Shown in pieces: positions 38,350 through 48,361 of a stretch of 60,771 bases of DNA (position 1 is its first letter; each line of letters opens with the position of its first letter). The position numbers and the translations under genes were made by a program. Source of the DNA: a virus (Duplodnaviria > Caudoviricetes); IMG/VR virus record IMGVR_UViG_3300017773_000008, positions 1-60,771 of that record. One strand, given 5' to 3'. Below the pieces are notes generated by a model that did no database searches, was not told the DNA's origin, and was given only the letters and a program-made list of their open reading frames with translations.

Positions 38350-38732
38350 TTAAAAGCATCCTTCATTGCACTCATTAAATCTTTAATTGTAACCCTTTTG
38401 TCTTTTGGGTCGTAAAGGCACACAAGTTCTCTAGGACATGCGTCAATGCTTTCCATAATTTCGATGCCTCCTGATCCGTTAGCTCCCTCGTATAAACACC
38501 AGTATTGTCTTGTTGTTTTCCCTCTAAATGATTCATGTACCTTCTCTACCTTCTTTAATCTGCATATAGTATATCCTCCGTTATCAAGAGTTGGCCTTCT
38601 GTAATGTTCATGTGCGTCTGTCAAGCAAGACGAGACCATAAGTAAGACCAATGAGGAGAGCAAGGCCGATACCAAAGGTACAGATGCCAATAGCCCAGAA
38701 TATAATTTTTTCTTTACGTTCTTGCGCTTCAT
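38346..38732 (-). CDS. Cys-rich exported protein, possible lipoprotein
   Basis: Basic N-terminus, hydrophobic stretch, VSSC; overlaps the upstream gene by 125 nt, so the start is uncertain. Confidence 0.5.
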   Translation of the reverse strand: MKRKNVKKKLYSGLLASVPLVSALLSSLVLLMVSSCLTDAHEHYRRPTLDNGGYTICRLKKVEKVHESFRGKTTRQYWCLYEGANGSGGIEIMESIDACPRELVCLYDPKDKRVTIKDLMSAMKDAFK

Positions 38733-39096
38733 AAACTTCTTTCTGTCTGCGTTTTCTTATTTGACCTTCCATACCTATAAGTTCATCCCATGCTTTAGTT
38801 CCATGAGTAAACATAATAAATGTTTTAAGTTCGTCACGCTGTTGGTCTAGTTTTTTCTTAGCGGCAAATGCTTCTATGGCCTCCTGTTCTATAGATTGCC
38901 CATTAAAGACTTTTTGAAACATAGAGGGATTTTTACTACGTTTTTCTATATTCGCTACGTCTGATACAGCACCCATCCATTTAGATAGGTCTTGTGTCAT
39001 AGCATCCAGTTCTCTACCTGCCATGAATGCTTTTTTTATTCCCCCGAATGCGGCAGTTGCTGTGGAGATAGCTGCGCTTATTGTAAGGGGATCCAT
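38608..39096 (-). CDS. Membrane-anchored coiled-coil protein
   Basis: MDPLTI.AA.. N-terminus and a C-terminal TM helix. Confidence 0.7.
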   Translation of the reverse strand: MDPLTISAAISTATAAFGGIKKAFMAGRELDAMTQDLSKWMGAVSDVANIEKRSKNPSMFQKVFNGQSIEQEAIEAFAAKKKLDQQRDELKTFIMFTHGTKAWDELIGMEGQIRKRRQKEVYEAQERKEKIIFWAIGICTFGIGLALLIGLTYGLVLLDRRT

Positions 39097-39097
39097 T

Positions 39098-39295
39098 TTA
39101 CATCCGTATAACTATGCTTATGAGTAGAAGAAGAGTAGCACCAGCAGAGCCAAGCAAGATAGATTCAATGCGCTTAACGCGATTAAAAAGATCCCTGAAT
39201 TGTATATTTGCCTCAGTTTCGAGGCGAGTCGCACGTGAATCAAGACGAGCTATTTCTTTATTAAGGGATGTTAGAGTTACGCCTTGCCTAGCCAT
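39098..39295 (-). CDS. Small coiled-coil membrane protein
   Basis: RVKRIESILLGSAGATLLLLISIV. Confidence 0.6.
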   Translation of the reverse strand: MARQGVTLTSLNKEIARLDSRATRLETEANIQFRDLFNRVKRIESILLGSAGATLLLLISIVIRM

Positions 39296-39512
39296 TAGTT
39301 CCTTCCATGTTCCCATCCACTGTTTGTTTAAACGAAGCAAGAAGTTCTGTTCGAAAACTTTCAGATGCGCGTTGTAATTGATCTAATTCTCCACGTAAGG
39401 TATTTGACCTATTTGTCAAGTCTTTTAATTGGTTAATTAAATATTTCTGTTTAGCGTTTAAATCTGTTTCTTTATAGTCTTGTCCATCTATATTTAACAC
39501 GTTATCAATCAT
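39288..39512 (-). CDS. Small coiled-coil hypothetical protein
   Basis: 74 aa; AGGAG RBS. Confidence 0.65.
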   Translation of the reverse strand: MIDNVLNIDGQDYKETDLNAKQKYLINQLKDLTNRSNTLRGELDQLQRASESFRTELLASFKQTVDGNMEGTNG

Positions 39513-39535
39513 TAGTCATCTCCTTAATATATACA

Positions 39536-40024
39536 TTAACTAGGTTTAGTAGGCCAAGTAACACCTGCAATATCGCAAGAATCACCATCAGCATTATAAA
39601 CTGCTCTAGGATTCCACTTTGAAGTACCTGCCGCAGGTAAATCTCTTAACTCTTGTCTATAAGTTTTCCACGCATCAGGTACAGCACTACTAGATTCTAA
39701 TGCTTTAATTGCTACCCAATCTGAACCACGCAAAAAAGTATTTCTTTCTTCTTTTGCCATATCTATAACTTGCTCGGTGCTTAAAGCATTAACCTTTTCT
39801 TGCGTCCAATTTGATGACTCGGTTACAGGTCTGGTTTTAGTAGCTCGCTTTGCACCTTCTGTAAGAAATGAAGGAGTGTTTCCAGTTTTAGGAGCAAAAT
39901 CATTAACAAGATAATCTAAATCATTTTGTGTCATATCTTCTGTTAAAACAATTTCAGCCCATGAGCCATCAGGGTATGCTACTTTAGCTATACCACTTGT
40001 TATTTTTTCTACTGTGTAATCCAT
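39536..40024 (-). CDS. Tail fibre assembly chaperone
   Basis: ERNTFLRGSDW...WKTYRQELRDLP...WPTKP. Confidence 0.8.
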   Translation of the reverse strand: MDYTVEKITSGIAKVAYPDGSWAEIVLTEDMTQNDLDYLVNDFAPKTGNTPSFLTEGAKRATKTRPVTESSNWTQEKVNALSTEQVIDMAKEERNTFLRGSDWVAIKALESSSAVPDAWKTYRQELRDLPAAGTSKWNPRAVYNADGDSCDIAGVTWPTKPS

Positions 40025-40027
40025 AAT

Positions 40028-40807
40028 TTACCTCTCTTTACTTCTGTAATGGTCACGATAACAATTTTTAGAATGTGCCTTAAATCTTGCATATGTTTGT
40101 TTTATTTCCTTCGCCTCTTTTTCAGTCTTATAGCTCAATTTCATTTTTGAATTTACTCGTTTGAATGGAATGACTTGAGCGATTAAAGTACCCATTGGAA
40201 CTTCACCTGCAAAATCAGGGTCAACAAGAAAAGGAAGTTGAGGAGCAACGGGGTATATATCTGTATCTACAACACCACCGAATATTTTAACTGGTATATC
40301 ATCTCTATGATATGGAGCAGTAAATAAACAAGACCACCCTTTAGGCGTGGTAATTCTCCAAGGACTAGATAATTTTCTAATTGTTGATGGAAGTTTTAAT
40401 TCATTTAATGTAGTATTTTCTAACTGCATTTTTTTATGACTGCCTAAATTATAAGGCATATCATCATTTGGATTGATAGAATTTTGAGCTGAATCATACG
40501 CTTCACCATTACGAATAAATAAATAATGCCAAAGAGGAATACCAAAGCCTAGCTTCATACAGTCTGTAAATGGCATACATTTTTTTACACTAGGATTAAA
40601 ACCTATATATTCTGAAGGCATTTCTTTTGGAGTTACAGAAAGTTCATGCCCTTTCATTTTGTCAGGAAAAAACTGTGTCATTTTTTTTGGTTTAAAAGCA
40701 ACCTCAAAATCTTCTTCATTAGCTTTATGCCAAATAAACTGAATATCTATTTCTTCATCAGTCTGTTCTGACTGTACTTGCTCTATTGTTTTAAGATGTA
40801 GCACCAT
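40028..40807 (-). CDS. Conserved marine-phage tail-region protein (DUF6065-like)
   Basis: KKCMPFTD...PWRITTPKGWSCLF...GVVDTD...GTLIAQVIPFKR. Confidence 0.6.
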   Translation of the reverse strand: MVLHLKTIEQVQSEQTDEEIDIQFIWHKANEEDFEVAFKPKKMTQFFPDKMKGHELSVTPKEMPSEYIGFNPSVKKCMPFTDCMKLGFGIPLWHYLFIRNGEAYDSAQNSINPNDDMPYNLGSHKKMQLENTTLNELKLPSTIRKLSSPWRITTPKGWSCLFTAPYHRDDIPVKIFGGVVDTDIYPVAPQLPFLVDPDFAGEVPMGTLIAQVIPFKRVNSKMKLSYKTEKEAKEIKQTYARFKAHSKNCYRDHYRSKER

Positions 40808-41909
40808 TTACCGTTCCACTATTTGTTACTATGTTTATTGAGCCAGACGAGAAAGATGCCGCTTTACCTGCCGCACCACCTGAACCTCCGCTTCCACCAC
40901 TTGAGCCTCCACTTCCGTTAGATGCGTTTCCATTTGCGCCCGTGCTTCCCGTACTTCCACTTGCTCCACCGCTACCTGCCGCACCATAACTTGCTCCAGC
41001 AGGGCCAGTTCCACCCGATCCACCCGTTCCACCAGTTCCTGCATTTGTTCCACCGCCCGAACCACCACTTCCTCCGCTTCCACTATTGGCTCCTCCTGCG
41101 GATTGTCCATAACCTTGACCTACTGCACCTGCTCCACCTGCTCCTCCGTTTCCACCTGCTCCACCAGATGTACTTGATGATGTTTGAGTCTTTTTTGCAA
41201 CTGAATAATAAATATTTACATTGCTATAACTGTCAGCATTATTTTTATTACCTCTTACATACCTCGGATAATTGCCATTAGGTGACATATTATTACCAGA
41301 ACCACCCATTTCAGTAGGATAATTAAGCCAATTACTATTATTAATATATCCTTGCCCAATACTCCCACCATAAGCAATATTAATTGGATAAGGATATCCA
41401 CCACCTCTAACTATAGACCAACGATAATTAGTATAGTTATAACTATAACCACTTGTGCTAGTTGAGGTAGTAGAACCATTACCACCAGTTCCACCCTGGC
41501 CACCTCCACCTGCACCGCCTGAACCTCCACCACCACCAGAGATTTCTCCAGTATTAATAAGGTTAAAGCTATGTGCTGAAGTTATTGCGTGTCCACCTGC
41601 ACCACCTGCACTACCATTTCCTCCAGTTCCAGAACCACCTGAACCTGCACCACCTGCCGTACCACCTAGACCACGAATAGTGCCTGCGTTATTTATGGTA
41701 AGTGTCCCACCCATACCATCTGGGATGGTTATTGGGCCAAGATCCACACCTTCTGGAACAATTAATGTTTTTGCTAAAGCGCCTTGATAGTCAGAAGTGC
41801 CAAACGCAGTTTGTAAATTTAAACTGGATGCTGCTGAAGCAGTAAAATCTAGTCCAGAAGCCCCTAGAACTACACCAAACCCTAAAACATTATAGCCAAA
41901 ACTTGTCAT
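40791..41909 (-). CDS. Glycine-rich receptor-binding adhesin (gp38-like)
   Basis: Polyglycine blocks flanking a Tyr/Asn-rich variable core; downstream of the tail fibre. Confidence 0.7.
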   Translation of the reverse strand: MTSFGYNVLGFGVVLGASGLDFTASAASSLNLQTAFGTSDYQGALAKTLIVPEGVDLGPITIPDGMGGTLTINNAGTIRGLGGTAGGAGSGGSGTGGNGSAGGAGGHAITSAHSFNLINTGEISGGGGGSGGAGGGGQGGTGGNGSTTSTSTSGYSYNYTNYRWSIVRGGGYPYPINIAYGGSIGQGYINNSNWLNYPTEMGGSGNNMSPNGNYPRYVRGNKNNADSYSNVNIYYSVAKKTQTSSSTSGGAGGNGGAGGAGAVGQGYGQSAGGANSGSGGSGGSGGGTNAGTGGTGGSGGTGPAGASYGAAGSGGASGSTGSTGANGNASNGSGGSSGGSGGSGGAAGKAASFSSGSINIVTNSGTVNGATS

Positions 41910-44900
41910 TATGCATCATTAGCCGCATCAGTTGTAAAAAATAGTTTTATACCCAAAAGCCTAGAATCTCCTGATTGATCGTCAGCAGAAACATCTCTCA
42001 TAACTTGAAAGAAGCACAAGTCCTCTGCGGCAGGCGAACCTGCTATAGTTACGTTACCACTTTCTGCTGTAACATCTAAGTCGTTACTTGTTCCTGAGTG
42101 GGCTTTTGCAGTAGCTACTACCGTAGTACCAAACGCTGTGTTTAAATCTCCGTTGTCAGAGAAAGATCCTCCTGCTAACCCCCAAGCTGTTGTTCCCGTG
42201 TTTGTACCCGTCACTGTGAAATATGCTTTAAACGTAACCGTTCCTTCATCCCACGATTTAGGAAAAGCTATAGTAAATTGTGCATGCTCATCTGACCCTG
42301 TTGCAAAGTCTAAACATTTTAATTCAGGGCCGTTTGCTAGTTCTACTTGAGTAAGATCAGCACATCCATTTGTACTTTCTGGGTACATAGCTGCGGCAGG
42401 TATCCATATTGTTTCTTTTCCTGCAACTTTAACAGCCGCACTAGACACCGTTGGCTGTTGCGTAAAATTAACTACACCATTAGCTGCGATTGCAAGGGCA
42501 TCTGTGTCAGAAGCTGAACCAATATTACCTGTGTCAGGTATTACAATATTTCCACCAGTGGTCATAAGACCGCCACCTGTGTATGTACCACTTACGTCTA
42601 CATTACCGTTAATATCAATTAATGTTGAGTTAAGTTCTATTTCATCATCTGCATTAATATCTAAGTCCCCGTCAGCAGGTGAACCAATATTAATAGCGCT
42701 GTCACGGAATTGAACTACCATTGCAGCATTAAGTAATAACCCTGTATCAGCAACGTGTGTAAGAACAACATCATTGTCAGCACCAAAAGATAATGTTGCG
42801 GCATCGTGTTGTAATTCTAAATCTTGAGTTAGCGTAACATCACCATCAGATCCTATAGCAATAGCATCTGTGTCAGAAGCTGAACCAATATTGCCTGCGT
42901 CAGGTATTACAATGTTGCCACCTGTAGTCATTAAGCCACCGCCTGTATACGTTCCGCTTACATCTAAATTTGCGTTTATATCTGCGAGTGTTGCATTAAG
43001 TTCAATCTCGTCTGTTGCGTTTATGTCTAAAACTGTTGCACTTGGAGCATTGATATACTGTGATGCGTCATTAAACTGAAGTTGCATTGTAGAATTTAAT
43101 AACAGACCTGTATCAGCAACGTGTGTAAGAACAACGTCATTATCAGCACCAAAAGATAATGTTGCAGCATCGTGTTGCAACTCTAAATCTTGAGTTAATG
43201 TAACGTCACCATCAGCACCTATTGCAATCGCATTTGTATCAGAGGCTGAACCTATATTACCTGCATCTGGTATAACAATGTTACCTCCTGTAGTCATAAG
43301 ACCACCACCAGTATATGTGCCACTTACATCTAAGTTTGCATTAACATCCACAAGTGTAGCATTAAGTTCTATTTCATCTGTTGCATTTATATCAAGAACA
43401 GTAGCACTAGGAGCGTTAATATATTGGGATGCGTCATTAAATTGAAGTTGCATTGTAGAGTTTAACAACAGACCTGTATCAGCAACATGCGTTAATGTTA
43501 CGTCTTGATCGTTACCAAACTGTACCGTGCCACCATCTGCGAGAAACAGATCAGAAAACTCTACACTTGCTGTACCTAATGTAGCACCATCAGCACTAGA
43601 GGGAACGATAGATGTACCCACTGTAGCTGTGTTAAGAACAGGGCTTGTTAAGGTTTTGTTTGTAAGCGTATCTGTAGATACGAGAGATACTAATGTTGAG
43701 CTAGATCCTGCAGGAAGTGTAAGTGTATTTGTTACACCTGCAGAGTGAGGTTGTGCAATAACAATTTGACCGTGACTATTATCCTCACAATTAAACTGTA
43801 TAGCACCAGAGTTAGTATCACCTCTAACGGTTACGTGACCTGTTCCTTTTGCCGATAGATCAAGATCAATGTTAGTATCTCCACCTGTAGCAGAAAGTAA
43901 TGGTGGATTGCTTGTTGCAGCATTTGTTATATCAAATTGATTGACCGCACTGCTTGTTGTTTGAAATATGATTTGCTCATTGCCGTTTTCATCTGCTATG
44001 AAGTGTGCATCGTCAATAAGTATATTGTGAGAATTAGTGTCTAAATTACCGCCTAATTGTGGAGTCGAGTCCTCTGATACGTTTGATAAATCACCACTTG
44101 AACCTGTGCCTGCAATAATGGCGCTCCTGGTAATTTTTTTAAGACCTCCCCCTGATGTGTCCACTGCTATAAGAACATCATCATCAGCTGCTGTAGATAT
44201 TTCTGATAACGACCCTACCGCTACAGGATTAAAGTTAGTACCATCTGCAACTAATATGTGTCCTGCTGTATTAGTTCCCATAATAAGATCGTCACCTGTT
44301 ATGGTCAAGTCACCACCCACAACAACATCTCCGTTAAACGTAGCCTTTCCTGCAAGCTCCATATCAATGTCAAGTGCAGTTATAGCACTAGACCCATCTG
44401 TGCCTTTGATAGCAAAGTTTTTGTCAGCGACACTTACGGTAAGTTCAACATCAGAGGAGTTGTTAGCTATATCTAATATAGATGTGCCATTATCTTTAAA
44501 TGTTACATTAGCCCCGTTTGCATCAAGAATAATATCTGCTTCAGCATCAACAGTTAAATTATTAGCTGATATTGTTAAATCTGTACCATCACCTTCAATC
44601 TTTTCACTGTCTCCACCAAAAACGATACCTACATTGTTAGGCACATGTATGTCAGAAGTGGCGGTTAAATTTATTTTAGCGCTAGAGGCTATTGTTAAAT
44701 CTGTACCATCTCCCTCTATTTTTTCGCCATCATCACCAAAAGTTACACCAATACTTGCGGGTATATTAATGTCTCCACCAGACCCAACGCTTATGCTTAT
44801 ATCAGTGCCGTCAGATTCTATCTTCTCATCTCCAGAACCATCAAGTATTAACCCCACGCCCGAAGGTATAACTACATCTGAAGTGGCTGTTAAGTTTATC

Positions 44901-45979
44901 TTTGCCCCAGAAGTTATTGTTAAATCAGTGTTATCCCCCTCTATCTTTTCTCCAGTGCCAAAAGTGACTCCTACATTAGCAGGCACAACCACGTCCGCTG
45001 TGGCAGTTAAATTAATGTTGTTACCTGTTATAGTAAGGTCTGTGCCATCACCCTCAATTTTTTCACCGTCATTACCAAATGTTAATCCTATATCGGCAGG
45101 TATATTAATATCACCACCTGAACCCACAGTGATAGATAAGTCAGTCCCATCCGATTCTATTTTTTCTGCAGTGGCAAAAGTAAGCCCAACACCTGAAGGT
45201 ATATTAACATCAGCTGTAGCAGTTAGATTAATATTATTACCAGTAATGGTTAAATCTGTGCCATCACCCTCTATCTTTTCTCCGTCATCACCAAAAGTTA
45301 AACCAACATTCGCTGGAATGTTAATATCAACTCCAGCCGTTAAATTCATATCTCCATCTGTTACGAGATCTAATGTAGCATCAGCACTTGATCTAATAGA
45401 TATAGCAGAATCTCTAAACTGAACTGCCATACCTGCATTTAATAATAGAGCTGTATCCGCAACATGTGTTAAGCTGACATCTCCATCCGCGCCAAACGAA
45501 AGAACCGCGCCATCTGATTGTAATTTTAAATCATCATCAACAAACAAGTCTGGTATGGCTAAATCTTGAAATAGGTCATAAACTGCAGCACTGCTCTCTC
45601 CACCATCAGTAGCTATCATTTTTACTTGCCCTGCTAAAACAGCTACATTATTCCCTGTGCCTTGGCTAAAGGTTAAAGTAAAACTTGTTTGGTTTTCTAT
45701 TATCCAAACCTTAGATAATGAATTAGGTGCAAGTGTAACTGTACAAGCCTGCCCCCCACCTGTGCATTTTAAATATAATGATCTTGCCTCGTCAGAGGCC
45801 CCATCAGCAACTGTTATGGTATGTGTAGAAGCGTTAGATATTGCTTCTCCAGTTGAACTATAAGAAAAAGCCTCTGCTATAAGTTCTAGGTTGGTGTTAG
45901 TAGTTGTACCCCACGTACCTGTTTGCTCACCTGTGCCTATTTCTTCTAGTCTAAGGTCATTTGTGTAAACGCTTGCCAT
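41909..45979 (-). CDS. Long tail fibre with internal repeats
   Basis: 1356 aa; N-terminal GEQTGTWGTTTNTNL anchor, repeated EKIE(G/S)DGTDL units, PQLGGNLD, three ~122-aa repeats. Confidence 0.85.
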   Translation of the reverse strand: MASVYTNDLRLEEIGTGEQTGTWGTTTNTNLELIAEAFSYSSTGEAISNASTHTITVADGASDEARSLYLKCTGGGQACTVTLAPNSLSKVWIIENQTSFTLTFSQGTGNNVAVLAGQVKMIATDGGESSAAVYDLFQDLAIPDLFVDDDLKLQSDGAVLSFGADGDVSLTHVADTALLLNAGMAVQFRDSAISIRSSADATLDLVTDGDMNLTAGVDINIPANVGLTFGDDGEKIEGDGTDLTITGNNINLTATADVNIPSGVGLTFATAEKIESDGTDLSITVGSGGDINIPADIGLTFGNDGEKIEGDGTDLTITGNNINLTATADVVVPANVGVTFGTGEKIEGDNTDLTITSGAKINLTATSDVVIPSGVGLILDGSGDEKIESDGTDISISVGSGGDINIPASIGVTFGDDGEKIEGDGTDLTIASSAKINLTATSDIHVPNNVGIVFGGDSEKIEGDGTDLTISANNLTVDAEADIILDANGANVTFKDNGTSILDIANNSSDVELTVSVADKNFAIKGTDGSSAITALDIDMELAGKATFNGDVVVGGDLTITGDDLIMGTNTAGHILVADGTNFNPVAVGSLSEISTAADDDVLIAVDTSGGGLKKITRSAIIAGTGSSGDLSNVSEDSTPQLGGNLDTNSHNILIDDAHFIADENGNEQIIFQTTSSAVNQFDITNAATSNPPLLSATGGDTNIDLDLSAKGTGHVTVRGDTNSGAIQFNCEDNSHGQIVIAQPHSAGVTNTLTLPAGSSSTLVSLVSTDTLTNKTLTSPVLNTATVGTSIVPSSADGATLGTASVEFSDLFLADGGTVQFGNDQDVTLTHVADTGLLLNSTMQLQFNDASQYINAPSATVLDINATDEIELNATLVDVNANLDVSGTYTGGGLMTTGGNIVIPDAGNIGSASDTNAIAIGADGDVTLTQDLELQHDAATLSFGADNDVVLTHVADTGLLLNSTMQLQFNDASQYINAPSATVLDINATDEIELNATLADINANLDVSGTYTGGGLMTTGGNIVIPDAGNIGSASDTDAIAIGSDGDVTLTQDLELQHDAATLSFGADNDVVLTHVADTGLLLNAAMVVQFRDSAINIGSPADGDLDINADDEIELNSTLIDINGNVDVSGTYTGGGLMTTGGNIVIPDTGNIGSASDTDALAIAANGVVNFTQQPTVSSAAVKVAGKETIWIPAAAMYPESTNGCADLTQVELANGPELKCLDFATGSDEHAQFTIAFPKSWDEGTVTFKAYFTVTGTNTGTTAWGLAGGSFSDNGDLNTAFGTTVVATAKAHSGTSNDLDVTAESGNVTIAGSPAAEDLCFFQVMRDVSADDQSGDSRLLGIKLFFTTDAANDA

Positions 45980-45992
45980 GTTTTAAACCTTT

Positions 45993-46433
45993 CTATGCAA
46001 TACGTATAATAGCAGTTGTATCAGATGCCGTAGGAAACGCAACTTTAAACGTGCTATTACTTGATGACTTATCTGCTCCAAAGTCTAATACTGCAACTGC
46101 AGGATTAGTGCCTCCAGACTTATAAATTAAAGCCCCCCTCGCTGTTATAGTAGAACTCGACCACGTAGTGTCTGAAAAATCAAGATACGCAATAGTGCCA
46201 GAAGTATCACTTTTAGGTGCTGTACCAATGGTTAACGTGTTACCACCTGCTGTATAACCTGTCCCACTAGTTTCGTTAGTTGTTGAATACACAGTGGTAG
46301 TAGCATCTAAAGTAGCACTAGATGTGTATAACGCTATTTTAAATGATTGAGATGTATCACTACTAAAGTCCATCTCCCCGTTTAAAAGAGCAATTTTAAA
46401 AGAAGTACACAAATAATTACCAGTAAACGCCAT
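45993..46433 (-). CDS. Virion structural protein
   Basis: CTSFK..LL...FKIALYTSSA...GYTAGG...ITARGALIY..VAVLDFG. Confidence 0.7.
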   Translation of the reverse strand: MAFTGNYLCTSFKIALLNGEMDFSSDTSQSFKIALYTSSATLDATTTVYSTTNETSGTGYTAGGNTLTIGTAPKSDTSGTIAYLDFSDTTWSSSTITARGALIYKSGGTNPAVAVLDFGADKSSSNSTFKVAFPTASDTTAIIRIA

Positions 46434-47077
46434 TAACCAGCACCTTGTCCCAACGGCCCAGATCTATAACTATCTTGCCTTAATTTACCATCTACAGAAT
46501 TTTTTAATAATGTTATAGAATGTAAATACATTTTTTCATAATTTTGTATAATGTCAGGTTCACCTTTTTGGAATCTTATTGCTTCTACCAATGCTCCATT
46601 TAACAGCGCGGTGTCAAAATTATCCCCTAAATAAGTACCACCTGCGGTGACTATGGAGGTAGGATATTTAGCATATATATGTTCTATTTCATAATTTTGG
46701 TCTGGGGTTGGGGCGAACATTAATTTTACATTAGACCCCGAAGTGCTATGATAAGCATAAAATTTAGGTAGCCCATACTTAGCACTTGTATTTACAGGGT
46801 AAGCATCTCGTAAAAAATTAACATCTTTATTTAATAAATAGTTAGTAGTGCTACTGCTTATTACCGCTATACTATACGTGTGCAAATACCCGTCAGGCGT
46901 TGTATACAGTTTATTAGTGGCTGTAAGAGGGCCACTATCTACAGTACGCATAGATGGTAGTTCAACAGTATTAAATATTTTTTGCTCTGCCTGTTGTGTA
47001 AACATAGCAAGCTGATCGTCTGAAAAACTGGTTTCACATATATCTTCAATATTTGTTTTTAAGTTAGTATAATTCAT
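46433..47077 (-). CDS. Head-tail adaptor-like protein
   Basis: MNYTNLK..I...FTQQAE.KI, APTPD, ALLNGALVEA. Confidence 0.65.
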   Translation of the reverse strand: MNYTNLKTNIEDICETSFSDDQLAMFTQQAEQKIFNTVELPSMRTVDSGPLTATNKLYTTPDGYLHTYSIAVISSSTTNYLLNKDVNFLRDAYPVNTSAKYGLPKFYAYHSTSGSNVKLMFAPTPDQNYEIEHIYAKYPTSIVTAGGTYLGDNFDTALLNGALVEAIRFQKGEPDIIQNYEKMYLHSITLLKNSVDGKLRQDSYRSGPLGQGAG

Positions 47078-47424
47078 GTTGTCACCGTTACTTCACCTAC
47101 TGCACTTACAGCTTCTAGTCTGTTGGTTCTTAACCCATAAATATTTTTACCATCTCCAACTGGATCCCAACCCCATTGTGTATTTCTACTACTAGGATAC
47201 CCTGCAAAATCAGGTCGTGGATCACGTACAGCTTGCGGGTCTCTAACAGGATATAAACCTAATTTATTCTGCGGATGGTCTGGACTAAAACATTGCGGAC
47301 AAGCCTTTAAATTTGTATTCCTACCTCTTGTAATTATGTTTCGTAGCTGTCGCAGTTTAAAACGAAACCCACATATATCACATTCGGCTATTACTTTTTT
47401 ACTAGAAGCAAAGGGTACAGTCAT
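47074..47424 (-). CDS. Zn-finger protein
   Basis: ECDICGF...CPQC..DHPQ...DPRPD. Confidence 0.7.
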   Translation of the reverse strand: MTVPFASSKKVIAECDICGFRFKLRQLRNIITRGRNTNLKACPQCFSPDHPQNKLGLYPVRDPQAVRDPRPDFAGYPSSRNTQWGWDPVGDGKNIYGLRTNRLEAVSAVGEVTVTT

Positions 47425-47426
47425 TT

Positions 47427-47666
47427 TTACCTCATTTTACACTTTCTTATGCCTTTTTTAGCAACACCTGATCCACGAACTTTACGTCCCTTCTTATACT
47501 TCAAAGCTACACCCTCGGCAAACTCGTTATCAATACCTAATTCTATTAAATCTTTTCTACCTTTTCTCTTTAAATACTCTTCAAAACTTTCGTCCATCCT
47601 AGAGTAACGTTTAAAATCTTCTCTTAAATTTTGAGCGTCTATGTCTAAATCACTAACCCCACCCAT
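47427..47666 (-). CDS. Small protein with a basic C-terminal tag
   Basis: Ends YKKGRKVRGSGVAKKGIRKCKMR. Confidence 0.65.
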   Translation of the reverse strand: MGGVSDLDIDAQNLREDFKRYSRMDESFEEYLKRKGRKDLIELGIDNEFAEGVALKYKKGRKVRGSGVAKKGIRKCKMR

Positions 47667-47668
47667 AA

Positions 47669-48358
47669 TTATATCCTCCCTATTCTTGGCACAAAACGTT
47701 CAGATGTCTTTTCTCTGTCTTCACCTGCCGCTAAGTTATACTGCTCATCATAAGTTGCTTTTAGCATTTCTACTCTAGTTACTAGTTCAGGTACTTTCAT
47801 AGCTATATAATATGCTAATCCTGCTACTAAACACGGCAAAAAACGGAAGTTCATATCCGCTGTTTCCACACCATTACCCGCATCTTCTATCCTACGTAAC
47901 CTCCAATATACAAATGTATATGTTTGTGAATCATCAGGCACAGGCCAAAGATTTATACGTGGAGCAGTTAATAACCTTTCAATCCACACCTGAAGAGGTC
48001 TACCCTGTGTTAACTTGTTTGGGATAGCCGCGTAGCTACTCACACCTATACGACTTATGGTAAGATCAGATTGTGTAGAAGTATTACCTGCGTTTGTTCT
48101 AATAACATGGTCTAAAAGGTCTATGGTATCTGCAGGTAAAGTATATTGTGATGTACCTGCTGTAAGAGTTTGAGTGCCACTATCAATAGTCCACAGGTTT
48201 AAACCTCTGTTTTGCCACTCAATAGTTAATAGATTCATAGACCTACGGGCAGTTCTTAGATCGTATCCAGAACGCATTTCACGACCTGCACGCTCCCACG
48301 CTTCTTCAGCGATCTCCGTGAAGTCCATGTCAAATGCTGTTGTACCCGAAGTAGCCAT
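47669..48358 (-). CDS. Head completion / tail adaptor-like structural protein
   Basis: MATSGT..F...IAEEAWER...RSMNLL..EWQNRGLNLW. Confidence 0.65.
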   Translation of the reverse strand: MATSGTTAFDMDFTEIAEEAWERAGREMRSGYDLRTARRSMNLLTIEWQNRGLNLWTIDSGTQTLTAGTSQYTLPADTIDLLDHVIRTNAGNTSTQSDLTISRIGVSSYAAIPNKLTQGRPLQVWIERLLTAPRINLWPVPDDSQTYTFVYWRLRRIEDAGNGVETADMNFRFLPCLVAGLAYYIAMKVPELVTRVEMLKATYDEQYNLAAGEDREKTSERFVPRIGRI

Positions 48359-48361
48359 GTT

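Noticed and set aside
44037-45422. 461-aa plus-strand ORF (also 23480-24352, 25109-25825 and other antisense ORFs)
   Set aside because: Antisense shadows of long minus-strand genes with biased codon use; Ser/Pro-rich, with no RBS or motifs
40791-45979. Diversity-generating retroelement or invertible tail-fibre cassette
   Set aside because: No reverse transcriptase or invertase seen; the repeats are in-frame tandem protein repeats without adenine-specific variation
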